Shown here: positions 10,938-20,708 of the stretch, piece by piece
Numbering within the stretch: the stretch's first letter is position 1
How the letters are laid out: each line of letters starts with the position of its first letter
DNA from: Longimicrobiales bacterium
Lineage (GTDB): Bacteria > Gemmatimonadota > Gemmatimonadetes > Longimicrobiales > Gaopeijiaceae
Assembly: GCA_963664435.2 (NCBI GenBank)
Contig: CAXXKM010000001.1
Coordinates: forward strand, 512,001 to 576,000
Reading direction: 5' to 3'
Length of the DNA stretch: 64,000 nt
The notes under the pieces: generated by a model
Told to the model about the DNA's origin: nothing
Databases searched by the model: none
What the model saw: the letters and a program-made list of their open reading frames with translations, nothing else
Program-made: the position numbers and the translations under genes

Positions 10938-13805
10938 TTACCGGCCCGGCTCCTCCTCCGAGATCGTCCGCACGCGGGTGAGCTCCAGCCCCAGCGTCCT
11001 GCCCTTCATGATCGCCGGCACCCCTTCCTCCATCCACACCGGAGCGGGCGCGCCCTTCAGGTAGTGGTCGAAGAACTGCTGCATGCGGATCGCCCAGTCC
11101 TTCTGGTTGTGCCGCTGCCTGAGGCCGTGGGCTTCGCCGTTGTAGTTCAGCATCCACACGGGCTTGCCCAGGCGGCGCAGCGCCACGAACAACTCGATGC
11201 CCTGGTACCACGGCACGGCCCCGTCCTCGTCGTTGTGCAGCATGAGGATGGGCGTGTTGATCTTGTCGGCGGTGAAGATGGGCGAGTTCTCGATGAAGCG
11301 CAGCGGATACTCCCAGAGCGAGCCCCCGATGCGGCTCTGCCCGCGTTCGTACTGAACGGCGCGGCTCCGTCCGGACTGCCAGCGGATGCCCCCGTAGGCG
11401 CTGATCATGTTGGAGACCGGGGCACCCGCCTCGGCGGCCGCGAACAGGTCGGTGCGCGTCACCATGTACGCGATCTGGTAGCCGCCCCAGGAGTGCCCCT
11501 GCACGCCGATGCGGCCGGGGTCCACGAAGCCTTCCTCCACCAGCTCGAGGACGCCCGGGACAACGGCGTCGAGCGCGCTCTCGCCCGGGTAGCCCTCACG
11601 GTAGGGGATGTCCGGCACGAAGAGCAGATAGCCGCGGCTGACGTAGAAGCTGCGGTTGATGGAGGAGCTGCCCGGCGCGGGCGCGGCGTAGCCGTGCAGG
11701 CCGTCGGAGGAGCGCTCGTAGAAGTACACCATCATGGGATGCTGCTCCGACGGGTCGAAGCCTTCCGGCTTGTAGAGGATGCCCTGGAGAGGGGTGCCGT
11801 CCATGGAGGTCCACTCCACGACTTCGGCGGTGCCCCACAGGTATTCGGACTGCTGCGGGTTGGCGTCGGTGACCTTGCGACCGTCGTCGAGGGCGGGGCC
11901 CGCCACCCACAGGTCCGGGAATTCCTCGAAGGTGGAGCGTGTGTAGGCGAAGACCTCCGCGTCCTGCGCCCGGAACAGGCCGGCGTAGCGGGCATCGCCG
12001 GCGATGAGCTGCTCCGGGACGGCGCCCTCGCCGAAGTCGCCGCGCCACAGGCCCGAAGACTTGTCGTACAGGTGGAAGGAGGAGAGGTACACCTCGCCGG
12101 AGGGCACCACCGGATCGGTGTTGTCGAGGTCGACGAAGCGGAAGCGGGTATCGGACGCGCGCCCGGCGCCGCGGGTGAGGTTGCGGGGAGCGGCGCGGCC
12201 GGTGGGGTCGACCGCCCAGATGTCGTAGCGGTCGTAGACCAGGAAGGCGGCATCGTCCGCCGTCCATCCCGCCGTCCCGTAGGAACGAGAGAGATCCGGC
12301 CGGTCGTCCAGCACGTTGTAGAAGCCCACGTCGATGGCGCCGGTCAGGTCGATCTCCTCCCCGCTACCGGTGTCGATGGCGACCCAGATGCGGCGGACGC
12401 CGTCCCACCGGGTGATGTAGCCGCCGCCGGGAGAGAGCGTCCCCTGTCCCCGCACCCGCTCGGCCACCTGCCGACGCGAGCCGTCCGCCATCTCGATGGT
12501 GTAGAGGTCCACGTAGCTGGCGTCCCACGACACCAGTTGCCGGTAGGGGAGGTCGCTCCTGCCCATCGCAATCGCGCCGTCGCCGTCGGCGGCAAGCGTC
12601 ACGTCGGGCACTTCGCTGGTGGCGAGCTGCACCACGCGGTCGCTCCCGAGGTCGAGGACCGCCTGGTAGCTGCGCTCCATTTCGTCTTCCAGCTGCACCA
12701 GCTGCATGGGCTGCAGCAGAGGGTCCTTCCAGTTCCAGATGTCGACTTGGACGCGCTCGTCCTCGGGGGTCTCGTCCTCGGGATCCGGAAGGGGCCGGGG
12801 CGCTGAGTGGAAGAGGACGCGCGCGCCCGAACCGGAGAACGACACCTCGCCGTGCTCGCTGGGAGCCCAGTCGTCGGGGAGGGCCTCCGCGCCCGGGGCC
12901 ACCCGGGCGGTGGCGGCTCCCTCGCGCGCGGCGTACAGCGCGAAGGCGGGCGCCCCGGCCCCGCGGTCGTCGCGGTCGGTGAGGAAGGCGACCGCGCCGT
13001 CGTCGGCGACGGCGAGCCGCAGGTAGCGCCCTTCCCCGCCGGCGACCGTGTCCGCCCCGCCGGCCGTCCCCACGCGGAAGACGCCGTCGGCGGCGCCGTC
13101 CTGCCCGGACGCCGTGTAGTAGAGCGCGCCGCCGTTACCCGAGAAGGCGTAGCTCACCGCATGGTCGAAGCGGCGCTCCTTCCCGGTGGCCAGGTCGCGC
13201 ACCACCAGCTCGGTCCCGTCGTCCAGGCGGGGCGGCCCATCGTCGTCATCGCCCTCTCCCCGCTGGGCGCGCCCCTCCGCCTCCTCTTCCTCCTCCGACC
13301 CGCCGGTCTCACCTGTCCCCTCCTCCTGTCCATCGCCGGCGGCCTCCTCCATGAGGTACGCCATCCAGGCGCCGCCGTCCCCGGGCAGCCGGAAGGACCG
13401 GACCCCCGCGACGCGCGTCTCCGACAGGTCGGACAGGCTGAGGATCAGCAGTGAGTCGCCGGGCATGTCGCGCGAACCCTCGGCACGCGCAGCGTCCACC
13501 GCCGCCTCCGCGGGTTCGACCAGCGCGACCAGGAAGCGGCTGTCGGCGGTAAAGCCCGGATCGGCGCCCCGCGAAACCGTCACGCGGCGCCCGTCCTCAA
13601 GGTGTTCCACCACCAGCGTGGCGTCGCCGTCCCCGGGCACGAGCCGGTAGGCGAGCCAGCGGCCATCCCTGGAAAAATCCTCGTCCTGGATCTGCTTCCA
13701 GATCGCGTAGCTGTCGTGGTCGAGAGACACCTTCTGCTGCGCGGAGAGCGCGAGCGGAGCGGTGACCAGGATCGAGAGCGCCAATGTCCATCGGATCATC
13801 TTCAT
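10938..13805 (-). CDS. Secreted S9 (prolyl oligopeptidase family) peptidase
   Basis: Signal peptide; propeller region; GHSWGGY nucleophile, DGAVPW Asp, GEAHGL His. Confidence 0.92.
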   Translation of the reverse strand: MKMIRWTLALSILVTAPLALSAQQKVSLDHDSYAIWKQIQDEDFSRDGRWLAYRLVPGDGDATLVVEHLEDGRRVTVSRGADPGFTADSRFLVALVEPAEAAVDAARAEGSRDMPGDSLLILSLSDLSETRVAGVRSFRLPGDGGAWMAYLMEEAAGDGQEEGTGETGGSEEEEEAEGRAQRGEGDDDDGPPRLDDGTELVVRDLATGKERRFDHAVSYAFSGNGGALYYTASGQDGAADGVFRVGTAGGADTVAGGEGRYLRLAVADDGAVAFLTDRDDRGAGAPAFALYAAREGAATARVAPGAEALPDDWAPSEHGEVSFSGSGARVLFHSAPRPLPDPEDETPEDERVQVDIWNWKDPLLQPMQLVQLEDEMERSYQAVLDLGSDRVVQLATSEVPDVTLAADGDGAIAMGRSDLPYRQLVSWDASYVDLYTIEMADGSRRQVAERVRGQGTLSPGGGYITRWDGVRRIWVAIDTGSGEEIDLTGAIDVGFYNVLDDRPDLSRSYGTAGWTADDAAFLVYDRYDIWAVDPTGRAAPRNLTRGAGRASDTRFRFVDLDNTDPVVPSGEVYLSSFHLYDKSSGLWRGDFGEGAVPEQLIAGDARYAGLFRAQDAEVFAYTRSTFEEFPDLWVAGPALDDGRKVTDANPQQSEYLWGTAEVVEWTSMDGTPLQGILYKPEGFDPSEQHPMMVYFYERSSDGLHGYAAPAPGSSSINRSFYVSRGYLLFVPDIPYREGYPGESALDAVVPGVLELVEEGFVDPGRIGVQGHSWGGYQIAYMVTRTDLFAAAEAGAPVSNMISAYGGIRWQSGRSRAVQYERGQSRIGGSLWEYPLRFIENSPIFTADKINTPILMLHNDEDGAVPWYQGIELFVALRRLGKPVWMLNYNGEAHGLRQRHNQKDWAIRMQQFFDHYLKGAPAPVWMEEGVPAIMKGRTLGLELTRVRTISEEEPGR

Positions 13806-13978
13806 GACTCACCTGCTGCGCGGGAGATGTGTGCGAGGGGAGAAACGCGCGGACGGGAACGGTAGACGACCGCGCGGGGCCCGGCAACGCCGCCGGGAGC
13901 CTGCTCCGTTGCGGATGCGGCCGGGCCCTCTTTCCGGACACGGTCGACCCGCGCCCCTGGCCGCCCGAAGAGACCCGA

Positions 13979-14007
13979 TTGACAGAGTCCCCGGACTGGC
14001 GTAAGTG
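13979..14007 (+). promoter_or_regulatory. Possible sigma70 promoter for the FAH-family gene
   Basis: TTGACA-17 bp-TAAGTG; spacer contains small inverted repeat AGTCC-CC-GGACT. Confidence 0.35.
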
Positions 14008-14113
14008 TGCAGTCTGGCCGCCGGTGCGGGACCGAGCCGCCCGACCGCCGCGAAGAACGCCCCAGCCGCCGCAAAGCCGGAGTTCGTCCGACAGACAACC
14101 CGGGGAGGACAGC

Positions 14114-15271
14114 ATGCGCGATTTTCGTATCCTTGCCACACTTCTTCTGTTGGTGATTCCGCTACCGACGTCCGCCCAGGGCGTCCCGGACATCGCCGAG
14201 CCCTTCAAGGTCGGCACCTTCGAGATCGAGGGCACGCCCACCGTGTCGCTGGTTCTGCGCGACCAGCTCATCGTCGAGATCGACGCCGCCAACACCGCCC
14301 TGCAGCGCGATCCCTACTACGCCCGCGTCCAGGCCCCGGGGGACATGCTGGAGCTGATCGAGCGCTACGAGTATGGCCTCAAGCGGCGCCTCTACGAGGT
14401 CGTCAACCACTTGGTGGCAACCGACATGCTGGGCGCGAACCGCCCGTCCTGGGTGCACGATCTCGACGACGTGCGCACCCTCCCGCCCATCCTGTACCCG
14501 GGCAAGATCCTCAACGCCGCGGTCAACTTCTACAGTCACGTCAACGAGACCGGCACCGAGGAGGAGCGGGCCGATGCGCGGCGGCAGAGACGGGAGAATC
14601 GGGGCGTGCCCTATCTCTTCCTGAAGCCGAGCAAGGGCGCGGTCATCGGCGACGGCGGCGAGGTGGTGCTTCCCTACGGACGCGACCGCATCGACTGGGA
14701 GGTCGAGCTGGGCGCGGTCATCGGCCGGTCCGCCAAGTACGTTTCCGCGAACGACGCGGAGGCCTTTGTGTTCGGCTACCTGGTCTCGCTCGACATCTCC
14801 GACCGCGGCGGGCGTCCGCCGGGCGGCAACCCGATGACCTCCGACTGGTTCGTCGGCAAGGGCCACGACACCTTCGCGCCGCAGGGGCCGTGGATCGTGC
14901 CGAAGGAGTTCTACGGAAACCCGATGGAGATCCTGCGCCAGACGCTCGACGTCGGCGACGAGCGCATGCAGGAGGCGACCGCCGGCGACATGATCCACTC
15001 GCTCTGGGAGCTGATCGAGTACGGCTCCTCCATCATCACCCTGTTCCCCGGGGACGTCGTCAACAACGGCACCTCCGGAGGCGTCGGCATGGGCACGGCG
15101 GTTCGGGGAGCGCAGCGCTTCCTGCAGCCGGGGGAACAGATTTCCGCCTCCATCGACGGAATCGGCACGCTCAACCTGTCGGTGGTGAGCGAACCCGAGC
15201 CGCAGGGGCTGACGGGCGCGCACCTGCCTCCCGTGCGCACCTACCGGGGACCGCCTCCGGGAGGGGACTGA
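14114..15271 (+). CDS. Fumarylacetoacetate hydrolase family protein with signal peptide
   Basis: GGAGG SD; MRDFRILATLLLLVIPLPTSA signal; GKILNAAVNF, FLKP, DWEVELGAVIG, GKGHDTFAPQGPWI, PGDVVNNGT. Confidence 0.88.
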   Translation: MRDFRILATLLLLVIPLPTSAQGVPDIAEPFKVGTFEIEGTPTVSLVLRDQLIVEIDAANTALQRDPYYARVQAPGDMLELIERYEYGLKRRLYEVVNHLVATDMLGANRPSWVHDLDDVRTLPPILYPGKILNAAVNFYSHVNETGTEEERADARRQRRENRGVPYLFLKPSKGAVIGDGGEVVLPYGRDRIDWEVELGAVIGRSAKYVSANDAEAFVFGYLVSLDISDRGGRPPGGNPMTSDWFVGKGHDTFAPQGPWIVPKEFYGNPMEILRQTLDVGDERMQEATAGDMIHSLWELIEYGSSIITLFPGDVVNNGTSGGVGMGTAVRGAQRFLQPGEQISASIDGIGTLNLSVVSEPEPQGLTGAHLPPVRTYRGPPPGGD

Positions 15272-15272
15272 C

Positions 15273-16952
15273 TCAGTTCACATCCAGGATCGGGTCCTTC
15301 TCGCCCGTCATCTCCCAGCGCGTGAGCACAATGGGGATCACGCCGGCGCCGTAGAAGGCGTCGAAGAAGCGCTTGACGGTGAAGTCGTCGCCCTCCTGGA
15401 TGGCGTATTCGGAGAGCAGTTCCTCGATCTGGATCTTGCCGGTGACGTAGCTGGTGCCGTAGCCCGGCTGCCGCAGGTAGAGGCTCTGCTCCCCGCGCAC
15501 CAGGTCGCCTTCCGTCAGCCATCCGCGCGGCGTCCAGGTCATGGCGTGCTCGACCGCCTCCTCCATTTCGAAGACGTCGCCGTGCAGGTTAAGGCCGCTG
15601 AGGGCGCGCGCCGCCCGCTGCGCCAGCATGATCCACACGAGTTCGCGGGCCCGGGGCGAATTGTCGTCCAGGAGCCCCAGGTGCATGAACATCTCCTCGA
15701 CGCCGGTCGCCAGCCCCTCGGAGCGTGAGTCGAAGATGTTGTAGAGCGAAGGCGTGGCCCGGATGGGGCTCGAGTGCGGGTCCTCGCGCATGCGCGCCAG
15801 TTCGATCCAGTGGTGCATGTGCGGGCGGAAGGCGTCCGGATCGCGGTAGATGACTTCCTGGAAGAAGTTGCGCAGCTCGCCCGGCTCCACGGGGCTGAAG
15901 CTCCCGTTCACCGCCCTGAGCGCGGGATCCATGTAGTCCGCGAGGGTCTCGACTTCCTCTTCTTCGAGGAAGCGCATGTAAAGGTCCACGGACTCGTTCA
16001 GACGCCGGTCGTACTCCTCAGCGGAGGCGATGCGCTCGAGTTCGGGCAGATCTCGGTTGCGGTTCTCCTCCAGCCGCATCGAGGAATGGGAGCGCGCCAG
16101 TTCGCGGCGCATGAGGGTCACCTGCTCCTCCCACGAATACGGGACCAGGTGGACGTTCTGCATGTACCAGGTGTAGTTGTCGGCCCCGACCCCGGACGGC
16201 CCGGTGCGGGAAGAGGCGCCCTCCTCCAGCCAGCCACGGAAGGCGTCGGAGGCGGCGCGCGCGTCGGCGATGGCCTGATCGAGCTCGGCGCTCGTCCCGG
16301 CGACCTGCCCGGCGTAGGTGTCGAGGTCGCGGGCCTGGGCGGCGAAGTCACGGATGCCGGCCAGCCAGAGGTCGCGCGCGTTGGAGTCGGCGAGGTTCAC
16401 GCGGGCCTGTTCCAGCAGCGCCGGGATCGCGCCGATGCGGGCCGTGAGTTCCGCCGCATCTTCGTCCGACAGCGGATAGTCGTAAGTCCAGGTATCGACC
16501 CAGCCGTGGATCACGGAGCCTTCATGGGCCGGGACGTCGCTCTCGGCCAGGAACATGATGACGTAGAAGGCCGGATCGCGCGCCCAGGGACGGCGCACGC
16601 GGTGGTCGAAATCGAGCCCGTTCATCTCCGCGCGCACGAGGTGCCAGTCGATCTGCTCCTCGACCGGCCAGTTTTCGGGGGCGAGCGCGTTCAGGCGCGC
16701 CTGCCACTGTGGAAGCTCGGCCTGCTGGCCCGCCATCGCCGCGGCGGAGTAGTCGGGGACGCCGTCGACAAAGTCGGGCATTTCGAAGGCGCGCCACTCC
16801 TCGAAGAGCTGGACCAGGTCCGCGTGGGACCCTGGGCCGGCGGCGACGACGGAGTCCGTGGGATCCGCCGTGCATCGCACGAAGAGGAATCCGACCACGA
16901 TGAGCGTGATCCCGGTGACGAGGACGGACGGGCGAGCTTTGCTGCGGGACAT
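15273..16952 (-). CDS. DUF885-family lipoprotein (putative metallopeptidase-like)
   Basis: Lipobox-like LFVRC; C-terminal EGLATGVEE, YLRQPGYGTSYVTGKIQIEEL, FFDAFYGAGVIP. Confidence 0.7.
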   Translation of the reverse strand: MSRSKARPSVLVTGITLIVVGFLFVRCTADPTDSVVAAGPGSHADLVQLFEEWRAFEMPDFVDGVPDYSAAAMAGQQAELPQWQARLNALAPENWPVEEQIDWHLVRAEMNGLDFDHRVRRPWARDPAFYVIMFLAESDVPAHEGSVIHGWVDTWTYDYPLSDEDAAELTARIGAIPALLEQARVNLADSNARDLWLAGIRDFAAQARDLDTYAGQVAGTSAELDQAIADARAASDAFRGWLEEGASSRTGPSGVGADNYTWYMQNVHLVPYSWEEQVTLMRRELARSHSSMRLEENRNRDLPELERIASAEEYDRRLNESVDLYMRFLEEEEVETLADYMDPALRAVNGSFSPVEPGELRNFFQEVIYRDPDAFRPHMHHWIELARMREDPHSSPIRATPSLYNIFDSRSEGLATGVEEMFMHLGLLDDNSPRARELVWIMLAQRAARALSGLNLHGDVFEMEEAVEHAMTWTPRGWLTEGDLVRGEQSLYLRQPGYGTSYVTGKIQIEELLSEYAIQEGDDFTVKRFFDAFYGAGVIPIVLTRWEMTGEKDPILDVN

Positions 16953-17113
16953 GGCGGCCTCCGGGATCTCGGGTCTACTCGATGTGCAGCCTGCGTTCGG
17001 TACGACTGCAATCGATGTGCGGGTCCCCCCACATTCAGTCTACGCGATGTGCGGCCGGCCCGCCTCCCTGCCGGTGCGGCCGCGTCTCTCCCGTGCGGCC
17101 GCGCCTGTCTCCG

Positions 17114-18985
17114 TCAGGACGCGCCGGAGCCTCCGCCCAGCGCCCGCGCCAACGCCGCGCGCCCTCCCACGACGGGCAGGTCGAGGGCGGTTGCGGCCAG
17201 GTCGACGGTGAGCCGGGTCCCCGGCTCGGGGTGGAGGGTGAAGTCGGCGTCGCTGGAGAAAACCATGAGCCCGATGCGCTGTCCGGCGGGGATGATCTGG
17301 TCGTCGGGCTGCAGGTCGAAGGCGACATCGACGAACTCGCCCGGGACCAGCGGCGCGCTCTCGCTGAGCGATGCCGCGTTCTGCGGGTCGGCCCAGCCGC
17401 GCGTGATCAGGTTGTCGTTGATGGGGGCGCCCTCGGTCCAGGGGAGCGACACCAGCCATACCGAGAGGTTGGCGGCGGCGCGGTCGGCCGCGAGGCGGAG
17501 CGAGACGCGGACGAGGCCCGACAGATGCACTTCTTCGGCGAGTTCGGGGGTCGCGAACAGCAACCGGTGCTCCGAGGCCTCCGCCCCGGCCAGGTCGGCG
17601 CCGGAGAAGCTCACGTCGTCGGTGAACGACTGCTGCGCGGCGGCGGGATCGGCCTCGAGCGAGAGCATCCCCTGTCTCCCCCCGTCGCCGGAGGGGACCA
17701 CGCGCACGGACTCCGCGTCGGGGTTGGGATAGGAAGGATAGGGCGTGGGGCTCAGGCGGTCGTCGCCCTCTCGCACGATCCACGCGCCCGGATCGCTCTC
17801 CACCCCGTTCTCGACTCCGTACAGGTACCGGGAGAGCCAGCGGTTCATGAGGCTGAGCGGCGGCTCGCCCCCGTGGCCCCCCTGATGGTAGTACGCCTGC
17901 ACCGGCACGCCGCGGTCGCGCAGCGCGGCCACGATCCGGTAGCTGTGCTCGGGCATCACGTTCCAGTCGTTGAAGCCGTGCGCCATGAGCGTCGGGGCGC
18001 GCACGCCGTCGACATGGTTGAGGTAGTCGCGGCCCGCCCAGAAGTCGTTGTAGTCCCCGGAGGCGCGGTCGAAGCGCGCCTGCATGAGGTCGCTGCGCAC
18101 CGTCCGGTTGCAATAGTCGCGGCGTTCCATCGGGCCGCTGTTGATGAAATCGTAGAGGACGTCGATGTCCTCGCCGGGGTAGCCGCCCGGCGACCGCACC
18201 AGCCCATGCGACCGGTAGTAGTGGTAGTACGACGTGTTGGGCGCCACCGGGATGATGGCCTCAAGCCCCTCCACGCCCGTCGTTGCGGCGGCGAGCGGCA
18301 GGGTGCCGTTGTAGGAGGTCCCGATCATGCCCACGCTGCCGGTCGACCAGTAGGCGCTCACCTCCTCCCCGCCCTCCACGGCGGTGAAGCCGCGCGCTCG
18401 CCCGTTCAGCCAGTCGATCACCGCCTTGGGCGCGAGGGACTCGTTCTCGCCGCCGACGGTGGGGCAGCCCTGGGACTGTCCCGTCCCGGGCGACTGCGAG
18501 TGCACAACCGCGAACCCGCGCGGCACCCAGGTGGCGATGTGGGAGTTCGAGATGACCGGCTGCTCCTCGATGTGCTCCATCGAGGGCATCACGGTGCGGG
18601 GAGACGGGGGCGCGCCCACCTCCTGGCGGATGTCCCAGAAGTAGTCGAAGTTGAGGCCGCCGGTACCGGAATAGTACGGGCTGGTCTCGTAGATCACGGC
18701 GACCTCGAGCCCGGATTCGGTCGCGGCGGGGCGGGTCACGTCCACATGCACCCGGTCGGACGCGCCGTCCCCGTCGGAGTCAAAGCCGGTCTCGACCCAG
18801 AGTTCGTGCCGCACCCAGGTGGCCGAATCGGCGAACTCCGGAACGACCTGCGCCTCCCCGTTCTCGAAGACGGGCCTGGGGCCGTCGTAGCAGGCCGCGG
18901 CGAGCAGGGGCAGCGCGGCGCCGAGTACGCATGTCCGCGCGAAGGAGAGGGGACTCGGGCGGCGGACGGGAAGGATCTTCTTCAT
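17114..18985 (-). CDS. Xaa-Pro dipeptidyl peptidase (S15/CocE-NonD family) lipoprotein
   Basis: LAAAC lipobox; GTSYNG nucleophile, HGFNDWNV, HQGGH, C-terminal ITRGWADPQN PepX-C-like domain. Confidence 0.9.
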   Translation of the reverse strand: MKKILPVRRPSPLSFARTCVLGAALPLLAAACYDGPRPVFENGEAQVVPEFADSATWVRHELWVETGFDSDGDGASDRVHVDVTRPAATESGLEVAVIYETSPYYSGTGGLNFDYFWDIRQEVGAPPSPRTVMPSMEHIEEQPVISNSHIATWVPRGFAVVHSQSPGTGQSQGCPTVGGENESLAPKAVIDWLNGRARGFTAVEGGEEVSAYWSTGSVGMIGTSYNGTLPLAAATTGVEGLEAIIPVAPNTSYYHYYRSHGLVRSPGGYPGEDIDVLYDFINSGPMERRDYCNRTVRSDLMQARFDRASGDYNDFWAGRDYLNHVDGVRAPTLMAHGFNDWNVMPEHSYRIVAALRDRGVPVQAYYHQGGHGGEPPLSLMNRWLSRYLYGVENGVESDPGAWIVREGDDRLSPTPYPSYPNPDAESVRVVPSGDGGRQGMLSLEADPAAAQQSFTDDVSFSGADLAGAEASEHRLLFATPELAEEVHLSGLVRVSLRLAADRAAANLSVWLVSLPWTEGAPINDNLITRGWADPQNAASLSESAPLVPGEFVDVAFDLQPDDQIIPAGQRIGLMVFSSDADFTLHPEPGTRLTVDLAATALDLPVVGGRAALARALGGGSGAS

Positions 18986-19036
18986 GGGCTCGGATCACCC
19001 GGTTGAGGCGGACCAGACGGGCCGGTGGGCGCGAAG

Positions 19037-19078
19037 AATGGAGCCAGCCGGAATCGAACCGGCGACCTCCTGCTTGCA
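19037..19078. repeat. att-like copy of the tRNA-Ala 3' half (42 bp direct repeat of 19820-19861)
   Basis: AATGGAGCCAGCCGGAATCGAACCGGCGACCTCCTGCTTGCA occurs identically at 19037-19078 and 19820-19861. Confidence 0.95.
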
Positions 19079-19209
19079 GAAGCTCGTGACCGACGGGACG
19101 GGAACACCACCGGTGGCCAAAGTTACTCGGCACATCGTGGGGAAACAACGCGGATGTAGCCTCGGCAGCGGCAGGCCCTCCGACCGGCACGGTGCGCAGG
19201 GAGGGTCCC

Positions 19210-19242
19210 TTGACAGCCCTTTTTCTGTAGTAACATTAATTC
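19210..19242 (+). promoter_or_regulatory. brnTA promoter/operator, probably leaderless
   Basis: TTGACA 19210-19215, TAACAT 19231-19236 six bases before ATG 19243, overlapping TGT-AGTA-ACA inverted repeat; -35/-10 spacing is short (15 bp). Confidence 0.55.
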
Positions 19243-19512
19243 ATGCGGATCGAGTTCGACGACGCGAAACGCGCCGAGACGATCAAGGCCCGAGCACTGG
19301 ATATGGCCCGGGCCGCAGACGTGTTCGCCGGCTCGACGTTGACCACTGAGGATGACCGACGGGACTACGGCGAGATTCGCTACATCACCATCGGTTTTCT
19401 TGACGAGACGATGGTGGTACTCGTCTGGACGCCCCGCGATCGCGCACACAGGATCATCAGCATGAGGAGGGCCAATGAACGAGAACGACGGCTCTACGGC
19501 CCGAGGTTTTGA
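19243..19512 (+). CDS. brnT: BrnT family ribonuclease toxin
   Basis: MRIEFDDAK...DDRRDYGEIRYITIG...VLVWTPR...RIISMRRANERERRLY. Confidence 0.93.
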   Translation: MRIEFDDAKRAETIKARALDMARAADVFAGSTLTTEDDRRDYGEIRYITIGFLDETMVVLVWTPRDRAHRIISMRRANERERRLYGPRF

Positions 19513-19732
19513 CCCCGAGACGGCACCCGACCTCTCAAAGGACGGCTGGCCGGAGAAGTTCGCCAAGGCGCCCGTACGCCGGGGACGTCCTCGGAAGGCG
19601 CGGCCGAAAATATCGACCACCATCCGGCTGTCCCAGGAGGTCATCGACCACTTTCGCGCCGGAGGGCGCGGTTGGCAGACACGGATCGACCACGCACTGC
19701 GCGACTGGATCAAGCGGCACGACGTTGCCTGA
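19475..19732 (+). CDS. brnA: BrnA family antitoxin
   Basis: RGRP...KISTTIRLSQEVIDHFRAGGRGWQTRIDHALR; overlaps brnT end. Confidence 0.93.
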   Translation: MNENDGSTARGFDPETAPDLSKDGWPEKFAKAPVRRGRPRKARPKISTTIRLSQEVIDHFRAGGRGWQTRIDHALRDWIKRHDVA

Positions 19733-19821
19733 GGCGAAACTCCCGCGAGGTCGTTGAGTCGAGCGAACCCGAAGGGGCGCGCCATTGACCCGCGCACGGC
19801 TGGCCAACTTCGCCACCTCAA

Positions 19822-19894
19822 TGGAGCCAGCCGGAATCGAACCGGCGACCTCCTGCTTGCAAAGCAGGCGCTCTCCCGACTGAGCTATGGCCCC
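19822..19894 (-). tRNA. tRNA-Ala(TGC), CCA not encoded
   Basis: GGGGCCATAGCTCAGTCGGGAGAGCGCCTGCTTTGCAAGCAGGAGGTCGCCGGTTCGATTCCGGCTGGCTCCA; G3:U70 pair; anticodon TGC. Confidence 0.97.
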
Positions 19895-20100
19895 TTGACC
19901 GAGCTGCGACCCCGCGTGCGCGGGATTGCGATGATCTTCTGTCCCGGCAGATCCGCGCGTGACCGGCGGGCAGGCGGGAATCTAGGAGCGCGCGCCGATC
20001 CGTTCCAGTCTCGGGCCCGGGCGCCGGATCCGCGGCCTGGGCGCGACGCGTCTCCGCCGGGGCTGCCCACCGTGTCGCCGCCAAGGTATACTGTCGCACC

Positions 20101-20697
20101 ATGTCCGCCGCCCGAACATCCCTCCCGGGAGCCGTCTTCCTCGACCTCTACGGCACGGTCGCGCACGAGGTGGGCTACATCAATCATCCCGATCGCTTCC
20201 GCCTGCACGACTTCTCGGGCGAGGCCATACACCTGCTCAACCAGGCCGGCTACCGGGTGTTCGTGGCCACCAACCAGTCGGGGATCGCGCGCGGATACTT
20301 CACCGAGGACGTGCTGAACGAGGTGCACCGCCGCCTGGTCGACGGGCTGGCGCGCGACGGAGCACGCGTGGAGGCCGTGTACCACTGCCCGCATCTCCCT
20401 CCCGAGGGAAGGCCTGCGGTGTGCGACTGCCGCAAGCCCCTTCCGGGGATGCTGCACAGGGCGGCGCGCGAGTACGGGGTGGACCTGGCCTCGTCCTGGA
20501 TGGCCGGGGACATGATTACGGACGTGGAGACCGGACATGCCGCGGGGGCGCGCGGGATTCTGCTGCGCACCGGCTACGGGCGTGGCCAGATCGAGTATCA
20601 GCGCCATCGCTGGCGCGTCGAGCCCGACCTGATCTGCGACGATCTGCTCGCGGCCGCACACGCGATCGCGGCCGCGCTGCCGAAGGACCCCCGGTGA
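20101..20697 (+). CDS. gmhB: D-glycero-D-manno-heptose 1,7-bisphosphate phosphatase (HAD IIIA), motif I variant DLYGT
   Basis: VFLDLYGT, TNQSGIARG, CPH...CDCRKP, GD..TD. Confidence 0.85.
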   Translation: MSAARTSLPGAVFLDLYGTVAHEVGYINHPDRFRLHDFSGEAIHLLNQAGYRVFVATNQSGIARGYFTEDVLNEVHRRLVDGLARDGARVEAVYHCPHLPPEGRPAVCDCRKPLPGMLHRAAREYGVDLASSWMAGDMITDVETGHAAGARGILLRTGYGRGQIEYQRHRWRVEPDLICDDLLAAAHAIAAALPKDPR

Positions 20698-20708
20698 GGA
20701 GGGAGGAG

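Larger units (their letters stand above)
19037..19861. mobile_element. Minimal tRNA-Ala-integrated genomic islet carrying only brnT-brnA
   Basis: Bounded by 42 bp direct repeats of the tRNA 3' half; no integrase ORF inside. Confidence 0.8.

Noticed and set aside
19037..19078. Second tRNA-Ala gene
   Set aside because: Only the 3' half is present; no D-arm or 5' acceptor strand
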